A DNA stretch of 64,000 bases, taken from positions 4,924 to 68,923 of the forward strand of contig JACOUI010000261.1 in NCBI GenBank assembly GCA_016177915.1, written 5' to 3'. The DNA comes from Planctomycetia bacterium. GTDB taxonomy: Bacteria; Planctomycetota; Planctomycetia; Pirellulales; S012-138. The notes under the pieces were generated by a model. That model did not search any database. It was not told the origin of the DNA and saw only the letters and a program-made list of their open reading frames with translations. Shown piece by piece: positions 1-9,223 of the stretch. Position 1 is the first letter of the stretch; the number at the start of each line of letters is the position of its first letter. The translations under genes were made by a program, and so were the position numbers.

Positions 1-55
1 CCTCGAAGGGGGAGTTGATGATCAGCGGATCGGGCTTGAAGGCGCGCTTGGGCAT
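1..55 (-). CDS. res: 5' end of a type III restriction Res-like subunit (partial, continues beyond window start)
   Basis: Reverse-strand ATG at 53-55 gives MPKRAFKPDPLIINSPFE..., an INSP(F/Y)E-type N-terminus I associate with type III Res subunits. The start lies 4 nt downstream of the mod stop (59-61), so the genes are operonic. Confidence 0.4.
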   Translation of the reverse strand, partial: MPKRAFKPDPLIINSPFE

Positions 56-58
56 GGC

Positions 59-2800
59 TTAAGAAAACGACAAGAGCTTCAAACTCTCGATCCCCCGGTC
101 GTCGATGATCTTCACCGCCACGCGCTTGTGGGGTCCCGGCTCGATCGGCAGCGACACCGTGCCTCGATAGGCCTCGATCTTCTCTTCGTCGATCTCGGCG
201 CGCAAGGCGCGCGACAATCGCGACCAGCCCTCTTTCTCACCCGCCATCGGAAAGAACACCTGCCGCGGAAAGAGGCTGCGCCCGTCGTAGTCGGGATCGA
301 GCAGCCACATGGCGATCTTCGACGTGTCGCCCGAGTCGATCTTCCCGGTCGTGGGGTTGTAGTAGTCGAAGCCGCGGACCTCGACCTCGAACAGGCCCTT
401 GTCGTCGCCTTTTTTGATCTGCCGCAGCTCGACGTCCGGCTGCCCGACCAGCCAGAAACTCTCGTTGCTGGCGCGCTTCTTCTTCAGGTCTTCCGTCAGC
501 AGGTCCGTGTTCATCTGCGAGCGCAGGAAAATCAGGCCCGTCTTTTGCGGCGTCAGCTCGTCGATGTCCTTACCCGCCTCAGGATCGAAGTGAAAAGCGG
601 CGAAGAGCAAAATGTCGGGCCTGGGGTTCAAGCTGCGTGCTTCTTCCCAGGCCTGTTCCACCTGCCGCTGCTCCAGGGGGGCGTGCTCCGGGCCGAAGGA
701 GACGACGACGATCTTGGGCCGCCGCTCGCTCCCACCCCCATTGCGGGGAGGGTCGGCCAGGGGGAGCGTTTCGCCGATCGCGTGCAAGTGCCGCAGGGCG
801 GGCAGCGGCTCCAGACGGGCGAATTCGATCTTCTGGCCCCCCTTGCCGCGCAGGCCCGTCTTGGCCAATTCGTCGCGCCACTCGTCCTGGCGCGAGGTCT
901 CGCCGCTGCGGGCCACCGAGGCGTCGCCCGCGGACGCCTGCGGAATTTCGTCGATCGGGCGGACGGAGACGGCGGGCACGGCCTCGACGGTGAACGGCCC
1001 GCTCACCCGCGCCTTGCTCCTGTCCACCTGCGGTTGGTCGTAGAGCGTTTCCTCGTCGGCGTGGCGGCGGATCGCGGCGTCGATCTCCGCCCGCGTCAGG
1101 CCTGCCTTGATGTCCGGGTTGTTGGCGATCGACTTGAGCGTGACGTGGGGGACTTTCTTGTAGCGGAAGCCGCCGCCGACGCCCTGCTGCGGCTCGGCCA
1201 ACTCGTAGTAATCGAAGACGGCGGTCAGGAGGCGCTGCTTGGCCAGCGTGATCGCCACGCGCGAGGTGTCGCAGGTGATCCAGCGGCGCCCCCATTGCTC
1301 CGCGACGTAGGCGGTCGTGCCCGACCCGCAGGTGGGGTCAAAGACGAGGTCGCCGGGGCGCGTAGTCATCAGCAGGCATCTCTCGATAACCTTCACATTG
1401 GTTTGCACGACGTATGACTTGGTTGAGGCGTCAAAGCCCCACTTGGTGTCATTCCAGTTGTTATTCATGGGGACGATCGGGTAATCGTCCAAAAACAGGT
1501 GGTACGCCAAGCTGTTCGTTCGAGCGACGAGTAAGCCTGAAGCCGCCAGACGGCGTAACCCCTGCTGGCCAACTTTCCAGTGGTTGTTCTTCCCGGGACT
1601 GTACACTTTTCCCTGATAGTCGAAGGGCTTCGATCCTTCCTCCGTGTAGCCGGGCGACGTGAGAGGCCCGTACCGCCAACAGCGTGCCCCCGGAGGCAAG
1701 GGCGTCGTTCCCTGTTGCTCGTCCGCGGTCATAGAGCGCGTTCTTCCGTCGGGCAGCATTAGCCACTTGTACTCGACGGCGGACTCATCACCCAGACGTT
1801 TGGGCTTGTAGAGCTGATTGTATTGCACCCGCGCCTCGTCCCTGCTGTACCACAGGATGTAGTCGCCGGCACGGGATAGCGTCTTGCTGGGGAAACCGCT
1901 GGTCGTGACGTATGACACGAGGCTAATGAAGCTCGACGGGCGAAACACGTCGTCTAGCAGCTCGCGCACATGGTGCAAGTTCTCGTCGCTGATCTGCACG
2001 AAGATCGACCCGGATTCGTGCAGCAGCTCGCGGGCCAGGAGCAGCCGGTCGCGGAGGTAGGTCAGGTACGAGTGGATGCCCAATTCCCAGGTGTCGCGGA
2101 AGGCCTTGAGCGTCTCCGGCTCCTGCGTGAGGTCTTCGTCCTTGCCGTCCTTCACGTCGCGGCGGTTGACGAAGGGCTGGAAGTTCGAGCCGTAGCGGAT
2201 GCCGTAGGGCGGGTCGATGTAGATCATCTGCACCTTGCCCGCCAGCCCCTCCTTTTCCAAAAGCGAGTTCATGACCAGGAGCGAATCGCCGGCCACGAGA
2301 CGATTGGTCCAGCCGTGGGGGTGCTTGTAGAAATCGAGCGCGTCGCGGAGGGGAAGGTTTTCCGCAGGGGCCTCGAAGAACGTGAGCTGGCGCGTTCGTT
2401 TCTTCGTGCCTGGGGTCGAGCGCAGCTCGCCCCCAGCCTTGGATGGGGACGGACCTGGGGGCTCGCTGCGCGAGACCGCGGGCACGGGGCCTTCTGGGAC
2501 GGGAGCATTCCCGTTGCCGTTCCCGTTTCCGTTGGAGCGCACCGCCGCGACGATCGTCTTGGGGTCGATGCGCTCGTGGACGTGCAGGCTGACCGTGGGC
2601 ACCTGGAAGCTCGTCCGCTCGGCCTTGCCGGCCCAGACAAGTTGCGGGTCCAGGTGCGGGTCGTACTGGTAGGTCTTTTTCGGCGCGGCCGGCGGATCGG
2701 TCGCCGGCGTCACGAGGCCGACGGGCGGGTTGTTCACCCGCTTCTTGTCGGCGTGCGCGTATTGCTCGATTTTCCGTTTGGCTGGCTTCTTCTTGGCCAT
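59..2800 (-). CDS. mod: beta-class N6-adenine/N4-cytosine DNA methyltransferase, type III Mod-like
   Basis: Motif IV (IYIDPPYGIRYGSNF) precedes motif I (VFDPTCGSGTTAYVAEQWGRRWITCD), which is the beta-class order. The ORF runs to 2962, but the ATG at 2798-2800 (MAKKKPAKRK...) is the first credible start. Confidence 0.85.
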   Translation of the reverse strand: MAKKKPAKRKIEQYAHADKKRVNNPPVGLVTPATDPPAAPKKTYQYDPHLDPQLVWAGKAERTSFQVPTVSLHVHERIDPKTIVAAVRSNGNGNGNGNAPVPEGPVPAVSRSEPPGPSPSKAGGELRSTPGTKKRTRQLTFFEAPAENLPLRDALDFYKHPHGWTNRLVAGDSLLVMNSLLEKEGLAGKVQMIYIDPPYGIRYGSNFQPFVNRRDVKDGKDEDLTQEPETLKAFRDTWELGIHSYLTYLRDRLLLARELLHESGSIFVQISDENLHHVRELLDDVFRPSSFISLVSYVTTSGFPSKTLSRAGDYILWYSRDEARVQYNQLYKPKRLGDESAVEYKWLMLPDGRTRSMTADEQQGTTPLPPGARCWRYGPLTSPGYTEEGSKPFDYQGKVYSPGKNNHWKVGQQGLRRLAASGLLVARTNSLAYHLFLDDYPIVPMNNNWNDTKWGFDASTKSYVVQTNVKVIERCLLMTTRPGDLVFDPTCGSGTTAYVAEQWGRRWITCDTSRVAITLAKQRLLTAVFDYYELAEPQQGVGGGFRYKKVPHVTLKSIANNPDIKAGLTRAEIDAAIRRHADEETLYDQPQVDRSKARVSGPFTVEAVPAVSVRPIDEIPQASAGDASVARSGETSRQDEWRDELAKTGLRGKGGQKIEFARLEPLPALRHLHAIGETLPLADPPRNGGGSERRPKIVVVSFGPEHAPLEQRQVEQAWEEARSLNPRPDILLFAAFHFDPEAGKDIDELTPQKTGLIFLRSQMNTDLLTEDLKKKRASNESFWLVGQPDVELRQIKKGDDKGLFEVEVRGFDYYNPTTGKIDSGDTSKIAMWLLDPDYDGRSLFPRQVFFPMAGEKEGWSRLSRALRAEIDEEKIEAYRGTVSLPIEPGPHKRVAVKIIDDRGIESLKLLSFS

Positions 2801-3088
2801 GGGCGGCTGCTCGCGGCGTGGGCGGACATCGGACGGCCATGATACCGCGGGGCAGGACACATTGGAAACGCGTCCGTCGCACGGCGACCAATCCGGCACG
2901 GCGATCGTCTGTCGACCAGCCCCGTCGTGATCGCCGGCGGCCGCTTTGGACGAGAACGCCAAGCCTCTAAAATGAAAACATCGGAGTCGGCCGCTCGCGT
3001 GGCCAACCCGGGCTCACTGCCACCGCTTGGGGCGGTGGTGACGCGGACGATTGATGCGGCGGCGAGGCGCAAAACGGGAGTAGCCAAG

Positions 3089-4468
3089 ATGAAGTGGGAT
3101 TCGGGCACAGTCTTCATCCTCGGCGCCGGGTTCACGAAGGCGTTCCTTCCGGAGGCGCCGCTACTGATCGACGATTACGGCGGCGAAGGCCTCAAGCGCA
3201 AGTTCGTTGCGTTCTCCGACGCATTGGGGCTACTCGACACTGAGCTCACGCAGCGAGACCATCCACCCGGCTGGCTGAACCTCGAACGCTTGATGACAAG
3301 GCTCTCTGGCGGGATGCCCTACGATTACCGGTTTCGAGCGGAGGAGTCGTTTCGCCTGCTGTTGTCCGAGCTCAAGAGAGCGTTTCTCGATCGGCTCGCA
3401 AGCGCTCAGAAAAGCGGAAGGGCCAACGATGGCGAGCTGTGGTTGTTTGCCGGGCACTGCGCGCGCCAGAAGTGCAGTTGCGTCACGTTCAACTATGATG
3501 ACGTGTTGGACGGGGCATTGTGGCAGTTCTGCCCCGTCTACGCCCCTCAAACCTCGTGGATCTGGTGTCCGGACTGGGGATACGGCTTTGGGTGCCAGGC
3601 TTCCGAATCCTGCGTGCGCGAGTCGCCGATTCCGCCGGCCGATACCGGGTCGATGCTTCTGCTAAAGTTGCACGGGTCGGTGAATTGGCGCATCCCTTTG
3701 GGGCACCCCAGGCCATACACGTCGGCGACTGTAAGGCACCACGAACCGTGGTTCCAATACTACGGGACGAGCAAGATCCCGCTCGAAGAGATCGAACCAC
3801 ACCTCGAAAGCGAGCCCTTTCTGGTCCCGCCAGTTTTGACGAAGACGAGCCTCGTCGAGGAACCGATTCTTCGGTTCACCTGGTCACGCGCACTCGACGC
3901 GCTAAGGAGCGCCAAGCGAGCAGTCTTTATGGGCTACTCCCTCCCCCTTACCGACATTGCGGCTGGATTTCTTTTCCGCGAGGGCCTCGGCCGCCTGGAT
4001 CAGTCCACGGACATCGCCGTCATCGACTATGCGCAGTGCGACGACGAGCGGAATGCAAAGCTGGGGCGGCTCAAAGCAGCCTATGGCAACGTATTCCCGG
4101 CGATCACCGAGGGGCAATTCTGCTTCGACGGTGCCGCCCAATGGGTGCGGGATAACCTCACCGAATGGCTCTATGACTCCCACGGCGATCCGGTTGCGTT
4201 CAGCGCGCTCCAGCACATCGTTTCCCGCGCCGGACGCTTCATTGGCACCGTTCGGGGCTACCTCCATCCTCGCCAAGACATCTGGCACGACACGTACAAG
4301 GCTGAGATCGTCGATGGCAATCGACTCTTGCGAGCCGACCCGCCACCGGAGGGAGACCGTGGCCACGACGAGATGCCGCCCTTGCCGGCGGTGCCAACGA
4401 TTCCACCCCCAATTGCACCGATGGTCCTCCCGCCAGGCTACCGTGACGTCGACCTCGACGGGCCATGA
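3089..4468 (+). CDS. SIR2-like (SIR2_2-type) NAD-binding domain protein with uncharacterised C-terminal half
   Basis: VFILGAGFTKAF (Rossmann GAG) and LLLKLHGSVNW motifs. ATG 3089 is preceded by GGGAG; alternative ATG at 2972. Divergent from mod. Confidence 0.7.
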   Translation: MKWDSGTVFILGAGFTKAFLPEAPLLIDDYGGEGLKRKFVAFSDALGLLDTELTQRDHPPGWLNLERLMTRLSGGMPYDYRFRAEESFRLLLSELKRAFLDRLASAQKSGRANDGELWLFAGHCARQKCSCVTFNYDDVLDGALWQFCPVYAPQTSWIWCPDWGYGFGCQASESCVRESPIPPADTGSMLLLKLHGSVNWRIPLGHPRPYTSATVRHHEPWFQYYGTSKIPLEEIEPHLESEPFLVPPVLTKTSLVEEPILRFTWSRALDALRSAKRAVFMGYSLPLTDIAAGFLFREGLGRLDQSTDIAVIDYAQCDDERNAKLGRLKAAYGNVFPAITEGQFCFDGAAQWVRDNLTEWLYDSHGDPVAFSALQHIVSRAGRFIGTVRGYLHPRQDIWHDTYKAEIVDGNRLLRADPPPEGDRGHDEMPPLPAVPTIPPPIAPMVLPPGYRDVDLDGP

Positions 4469-4490
4469 ACGCTCGCGTGCCCGCTGTTAA

Positions 4491-4520
4491 CCTCCGAGCC
4501 CCTCCGAGCCCCTCCGAGCC
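4491..4520. repeat. 3 x 10-bp perfect tandem repeat CCTCCGAGCC
   Basis: Read directly: cctccgagcc cctccgagcc cctccgagcc, just after the SIR2 stop. Confidence 0.95.
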
Positions 4521-4772
4521 CCCAGTTCCGGGCGACTTCGGAAAAACGACCTGGGGGTTAACATCGCGCGCGAGTTTCCTGTTAACCCCAGCCCTGCGAG
4601 TTCGCAGACCGTTCCTCTCGCTCACCCCCCACCGAGAGAGACGCGAACTCACCAACCCCCTTCCCGCCAACCACTTGCGATTTCCGGCGCGGAGAGAGTC
4701 GTCACGAAGAGGGTTCCGTTCGGGGAGCTCACGCCCGACCAGCGAGCCGGCGCGACAGACCGGTTAACGCGA

Positions 4773-4803
4773 AACGCCGAGAGTTTGACCTCTCGGCGTT
4801 TTT
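4773..4803 (+). terminator. rho-independent terminator-like hairpin
   Basis: AACGCCGAGAG-tttgac-CTCTCGGCGTT, an 11-bp perfect stem followed by a T run (ttttt). No T run on the opposite strand. Confidence 0.6.
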
Positions 4804-5156
4804 GCTTTTACCGCCTTTGCCGCAAGGGTTTCCGCCAACTCGGCCGATGGCGGAAACCTCTCTCTTTCGGGAGCGTACTCTCGGGGTGCGAGAGGGACCT
4901 TGAAGGTTCCTCTCGGACCCCGAGATTTCGTCCCAAAACTCTCTCCCTCTCGGATTAACAACCCCCCTAAAGTTAACAGGCCGTTCCCTCTCGAACCCCG
5001 ATGGAAAGTTACGAACTCGGCGACGGGTTAACAGCCCCTAGATAAGTGGTGTGGCCGCCGGTCGCAGTCAGGTCAGGAACCCAACGTCACGACGCCGTCA
5101 CGCAGCGGCATTGCCCTGCTACAATACCCCTTGCACTTTTCCTGCGGAGGTCGGAA

Positions 5157-5729
5157 ATGGCGAAGGCTCGAAAACGTCAATCGGCGAACGGCACCAAGGC
5201 GAAGCTCCAGAAGCTGGTGCAACAGTACCGAAAGGCAGATGCGGACCGGCGTGCCAAAGAACGGGTGAGTCGCCAAGCCGCCCAACGCGCGAATCGCTTA
5301 CGCGCCAAAATCCTCGCCGCAGTCGGCACGGCATACAGGATCGTCGCCCAAGCCGTGCGATACACGAGGACGAAAGAGGGGAAGTACCTGATCGAAGCGC
5401 ACGGGCTGAAGTCGGTGAAGCCGCTTGGCTCGCGGGCACGTGGAAGGCCCCGTCCTAAGGTCTCTCCTTGGACCGGCGCTTTGCCGGACACGATCGGGCC
5501 CGTCTACGATCCCGAACTTGCCTGTGCGCTTTATGTCGATTTCGTAGACGATCTCCCGCCCGAAGTGCAGGCGGTTTTTGAGGACGACGACGATCCGCTT
5601 CCCCCGAACATTGTTGCGGAGTGCTACGACGTGTATTGCGAGACAGGCTGCCGGCCGCGCCACCAAGGTAACGCCGACGGCGGGGTCATTTGGTGCGAGT
5701 GCCCGGGCGCGGGTTACCCCGTCGGCTAA
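5157..5729 (+). CDS. hypothetical protein (basic coiled N-terminus, Cys-rich C-terminus)
   Basis: ATG 5157 is 7 nt after GGAGG. MAKARKRQSANG...; C-terminus CYDVYCETGC...WCECPG. No recognisable family. Confidence 0.5.
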   Translation: MAKARKRQSANGTKAKLQKLVQQYRKADADRRAKERVSRQAAQRANRLRAKILAAVGTAYRIVAQAVRYTRTKEGKYLIEAHGLKSVKPLGSRARGRPRPKVSPWTGALPDTIGPVYDPELACALYVDFVDDLPPEVQAVFEDDDDPLPPNIVAECYDVYCETGCRPRHQGNADGGVIWCECPGAGYPVG

Positions 5730-5869
5730 CGGCGCGTCTGCCGCCACTTCGTCTTACGGCTGGAATCACGTAAGATGAAAGGCGCGCGGCTAGGGTCGCT
5801 CCCGAACCGCCGGCCGTCCTACCGGCCTGCCGCGCTTTCTTTCTCGGATCGCCACGAAGGATAGTGGCC

Positions 5870-7129
5870 ATGTCTGACGACCCACGCGTTGCGAAGCTCT
5901 TACGGCTCCTCTGGAACGCTGACAGCGAAGCCGGAGTCGCCATCGTGAAATTGCACGACTCGCTGCGGGACGAAGCCCTGCTGACGGATTGCCACGACCG
6001 CCAGCTAATTGAATTCGGCCGCCGAAACCACTGTCATGTCGGCGGCGAGTTGAAGTTGGAGAACGGCTACAGTTTCACGTTGCTGTCGCCCCACAAGCCC
6101 GACACGGAAAAGAAGCGCACTCGGCAACTGCTGCGGGAAGCGCTGGCAGAGGATGTCGAACCGGACATTCGCCACCGCATCCGGCTGACGGGCAAGGGGG
6201 AGGGCGAAGCAAGCCGCCTGATGCTGACCGCCGACGCGCAGGAAACGGCCGGAACTCCAGTTGCGGCCGCAGTCGCGGGGAATCCGAACGAGGCTGTTTC
6301 GTATCAGGCAAGCGAATTCGAGCGGGCGTCACTCGCCGCGGAGAACTGGCCGATTCGACTTGCAGCACTCGTTGAATTCGCGCGCGCTGCACGCGTCGAG
6401 CCAATTGCCGATGCGTTCAGCGCCAACGGCGTGGAAGTGTTCTCGCGGCTACGCGATGAAGTTGACCAATACGGGCACATCATTCAGCAGCATGAGCCGG
6501 AACTGTCGGCCGTGGCGGGAACTGAGGACGTTTGTCTTTTGGGGCGGCGGTCCACGAACTGGCATTCGCTATCCCTGTCGGTGACACGCAGTTTCGTCGA
6601 CGACGTCTGGCTGGCCGTCGATCTTGCTCGCAAAGACTCCAGTCCCACGGCACGTCCCTACAGCGAGGCGGTTCTACGAGAGCACGCTGACGTTGCGTGT
6701 CAACGAATCCTCGCCGAATGGGTCTTCGACTTCCAGGATCTGGCGACTCGCGTGCGCAAAGAGCGTTTTGCCTTCCTGAAGAAAGCGGCTGCGAGACATC
6801 CCGCTTCGCCAGCGGCATACGAACGCGACTCCTCCACATCCCCAAGTAATCGGCGTAGGAGGCGCAGGAAGCAGAAGACCCTTGCACAAAATGCCAATCG
6901 GGAACTTCAGCTAAGAATCGACGACGAGATCGTCGACGAGTGGACGAAGCGGCGATCGGAATGGGAGAGCTACGGCGATTACGCTCAGTGGAAGAATCAA
7001 TACCTTCCTGCTGGCTGGCCCGTACTCGATGCCGTGTACGTCGAGCAGGCCATTGCCCGCGTCAAGGCGCGGCTGAAGCGAAAGCAAAAGCGCGGGCAAC
7101 GTGGACCAGGCGGCTCGCGAGGCGTGTGA
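5870..7129 (+). CDS. hypothetical protein
   Basis: Long ORF with non-repetitive composition. ATG 5870 follows GAAGGA (ORF track starts at GTG 5864). No family recognised. Confidence 0.55.
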   Translation: MSDDPRVAKLLRLLWNADSEAGVAIVKLHDSLRDEALLTDCHDRQLIEFGRRNHCHVGGELKLENGYSFTLLSPHKPDTEKKRTRQLLREALAEDVEPDIRHRIRLTGKGEGEASRLMLTADAQETAGTPVAAAVAGNPNEAVSYQASEFERASLAAENWPIRLAALVEFARAARVEPIADAFSANGVEVFSRLRDEVDQYGHIIQQHEPELSAVAGTEDVCLLGRRSTNWHSLSLSVTRSFVDDVWLAVDLARKDSSPTARPYSEAVLREHADVACQRILAEWVFDFQDLATRVRKERFAFLKKAAARHPASPAAYERDSSTSPSNRRRRRRKQKTLAQNANRELQLRIDDEIVDEWTKRRSEWESYGDYAQWKNQYLPAGWPVLDAVYVEQAIARVKARLKRKQKRGQRGPGGSRGV

Positions 7130-7302
7130 GTGTTTTCTCGCCGCCGGAGTTTTCTACCCCCGTGTACCCCCGCGCTACCCCCGGACCGCGAAATCCTCGG
7201 AAAAAACGCGAAACCGGTGAAAGGACTTGAAACGTTCGCCCGTTTTTGTAAACTCCGTCCGGCTCGCGTTTTATCGCTCCGCTCGCCCGAGCCTTGTCAA
7301 GA

Positions 7303-7346
7303 TTTGGGACCAGAAGGTCGGGAGTTCGAATCTCCCCGCCCCGACT
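7303..7346 (+). repeat. att site: 44-bp copy of tRNA-Pro(UGG) 3' part (left junction of element)
   Basis: TTTGGGACCAGAAGGTCGGGAGTTCGAATCTCCCCGCCCCGACT, identical to 56789-56832. Contains anticodon loop TT-TGG-GA, T arm GGGAG/TTCGAAT/CTCCC and 3' acceptor CGCCCCG + A. No D arm or 5' acceptor strand upstream. Confidence 0.85.
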
Positions 7347-7528
7347 CGGCGGAAGTGCTGCATCGCCAAGCGATTGCAACTCCTGCCGTTCCTTGGCGAC
7401 GTTCCGAAAACCCCCTCACTTGCAGAGATTCTTGCAGAGAAAGCCCCCGGCCTGCTGCAACAGACCGGGGGTTCTTCAGGCAGCGGGCCTTTCAGTCCAC
7501 CACCCGACTTTGGACTGGAGGGTTCGCA

Positions 7529-8563
7529 ATGCGGCATCCGAAACCGTGGTTTCGCAAATTTGACGGCTGGTGGTACGTCCAGATCGGCGCCCGGCAGGTG
7601 AAGCTCGCCAGGGGCCGCGAGAGCGCGGACGAGGCTCAACGCCGCTACCACGAGCTCATGCTCGAAAATGGCCAAGCTGCCCCTGAGCAGTTCCGCGACA
7701 CGACCGTCGCGCACCTCTGCGACCTGTTCCTCGACTGGTCCTGCCGGAACAATGACCCCACCACGTACAAGTGGTACCTCTACTTCCTCGACCGCTTCTG
7801 CCTGGAGTTCGGACACATCCGCGTCTCCGCCCTGAAGCCGTTCCACATCACCTGCTGGACGCGGGACAAGAGTTGGAACAGCACCACCCAGAACAAGGTC
7901 ATCGGCTGCGTGAAGCGCGCCCTGAATTGGGCGGCAAGCGAGGGACTGATTCGCGACAACCCTATCAGGGCTGTCCGCAAGCCCCCGCCGAATCGCCGCG
8001 AGCGCATCCTCACGCCTGACGAGTGCGCGGCAATCGACAAGATCGTTCGCGATGACGCCTTCAAAAATTTCCTCTTCGCGCTCCGGCAAACGGGCTGCCG
8101 GCCGGGCGAGGTCGCCGCCGTCGTCGCCCAGGACGTCAAGCTCGACCAGGGTGTCTGGGTGCTCCGTCGCCACAAGACCGCCAAACGCACTGGCCGCCCG
8201 CGGATCGTGTACCTCACCCCACCGCTCGTTGAACTGTGCCGCGAGCTCGCCGTCCAGCACCCCGACGGACCGATCTTCCGCAACAAGTACGGCCGACCTT
8301 GGACGCGCAATGCCATCCGCTGTCGCTTTCGTCGGCTCCAGACGAAGCTCAATCTCCCCGGCGTTGTTTCCTACACCTACCGCCACACCTTCGCGACCGA
8401 CGGGCTTAGCCGCGGCGTCCCGCTTGCGATGATGGCCGAGCTTCTTGGCCACACCAGTACCGCGATGCTTAGCGCGCATTACGGCCACCTCGATCAGAAG
8501 ACTGGCCTTCTTCGGGAGGCGGCAAAGATCGCCGCGCCACAGGCCTCAAACGGAGATGCTTGA
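7529..8563 (+). CDS. int: tyrosine recombinase / phage-type integrase
   Basis: MRHPKPWFRKFDGWWYVQIG... N-terminal SAM-like region. Catalytic-domain motifs RQTGCRPGE, YRHTFATD, LLGHTSTAMLSAHYGHL. ATG 7529 follows GGAG; the ORF track's longer 7130 start crosses the att site. Confidence 0.9.
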   Translation: MRHPKPWFRKFDGWWYVQIGARQVKLARGRESADEAQRRYHELMLENGQAAPEQFRDTTVAHLCDLFLDWSCRNNDPTTYKWYLYFLDRFCLEFGHIRVSALKPFHITCWTRDKSWNSTTQNKVIGCVKRALNWAASEGLIRDNPIRAVRKPPPNRRERILTPDECAAIDKIVRDDAFKNFLFALRQTGCRPGEVAAVVAQDVKLDQGVWVLRRHKTAKRTGRPRIVYLTPPLVELCRELAVQHPDGPIFRNKYGRPWTRNAIRCRFRRLQTKLNLPGVVSYTYRHTFATDGLSRGVPLAMMAELLGHTSTAMLSAHYGHLDQKTGLLREAAKIAAPQASNGDA

Positions 8564-8831
8564 ACCCGCCGGCGTGCGGCCACCGCTGCCGCGGCGCCGG
8601 CCCCGGCGACGACGGCGCTGCTGCCGCGGCGCGGTCAGGTGGTTCCTGGCGGCATTGCTCGATGAACGTGGCCAGGTCGCCGTCGCTGATTCGGATTGCA
8701 CCACGGCCAACGCCAACCCGGTAGTGCGGGAGGCGGCCGGACGAGCAGAGCACGTAAACCGCCCCGCGCGACAACCGCAGCAACGAGGCAGCCTCTTGAA
8801 CGGTCAGCAAATCCACGGCTAGCACCAACAA
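8469..8831 (-). CDS. xis: excisionase-like HTH (HTH_17/AlpA-type) DNA-binding protein
   Basis: LLTVQEAASLLRLSRGAVYVLCSSGRLPHYRVG..IRISDGDLATFIEQ. Start uncertain (TTG 8831/8828, GTG 8825/8816). The low-complexity tail overlaps the int 3' end. Confidence 0.6.
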   Translation of the reverse strand: MLVLAVDLLTVQEAASLLRLSRGAVYVLCSSGRLPHYRVGVGRGAIRISDGDLATFIEQCRQEPPDRAAAAAPSSPGPAPRQRWPHAGGFKHLRLRPVARRSLPPPEEGQSSDRGGRNAR

Positions 8832-9223
8832 AAAAGACCACGAGGCGCATCAAGGCGACCCGTGGTCTTTCGTCGGTTCACATTCATGTTACCGGCCCTC
8901 GCCTCAAAGGCAAGTTTCCCACCCGATTCTTCTCTCTGTCTCAACCACCTGATTAGCCTGCCCTCCGGCCGCCCCGCGCCAACCGATCGCCCACTCTCCC
9001 CAGGATCACAAATCAAACGAGCGCAAATAAACCGCAGCACGCCAACTTCACGATCCAACGGACTTTCAGGGCTTTTCCGCAGATTCTTTTGGCCACGCGG
9101 TGGCCAACCCGGAATCTCAGGCCGCCCGTTGACTTCGCCCCTGGCGGCCGTATCATTCCGTTTGAACCGACAACGGACCACGGGTCTCGCACCCATGGTC
9201 CGTTTCTTTTTGTCGGTGGCCCG

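Noticed and set aside
128-1417. 429-aa ORF on the + strand (with 579-1295, 612-1043, 637-993, 1923-2891 and 1970-2842) overlapping the methyltransferase gene
   Set aside because: These are antisense or out-of-frame shadow ORFs typical of high-GC DNA. The products are Arg/Ala/Gly/Pro-rich with no motifs, while the minus-strand frame has clear MTase motifs.
2508-2534. (Asn-Gly)n-encoding imperfect hexanucleotide repeat inside mod, considered as a phase-variation tract like those of type III mod genes
   Set aside because: The repeat units are imperfect and 6 nt long. Slippage would stay in frame and is unlikely at this degeneracy, so it is probably just a flexible linker.
2801-2962. 54-codon N-terminal extension of the mod ORF in the six-frame track
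   Set aside because: The extension is low-complexity and would leave almost no divergent promoter space. The ATG at 2800 (MAKKKPAKRK) is the first convincing start.
7303-7346. Calling a tRNA-Pro gene here (and at 56789-56832)
   Set aside because: Only the 3' 44 nt (anticodon loop onward) are present. Upstream sequence lacks the D arm and the complementary 5' acceptor strand, so these are att-site copies, not genes.
7271-8488. 405-aa minus-strand ORF overlapping the integrase (similar cases: 19043-20416 +, 22417-23535 -, 24489-25397 -, 29445-30305 -, 45579-46661 -)
   Set aside because: These are shadow ORFs antisense to genes with unambiguous motifs. Their composition is dominated by G/A/R/V/D/E runs.
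8469-8563. 95-bp convergent overlap of the xis-like ORF tail with the int 3' end as a regulatory antisense arrangement
   Set aside because: The overlapping part of the xis ORF is a low-complexity tail after the HTH domain and may simply be ORF over-extension. There is no independent evidence.
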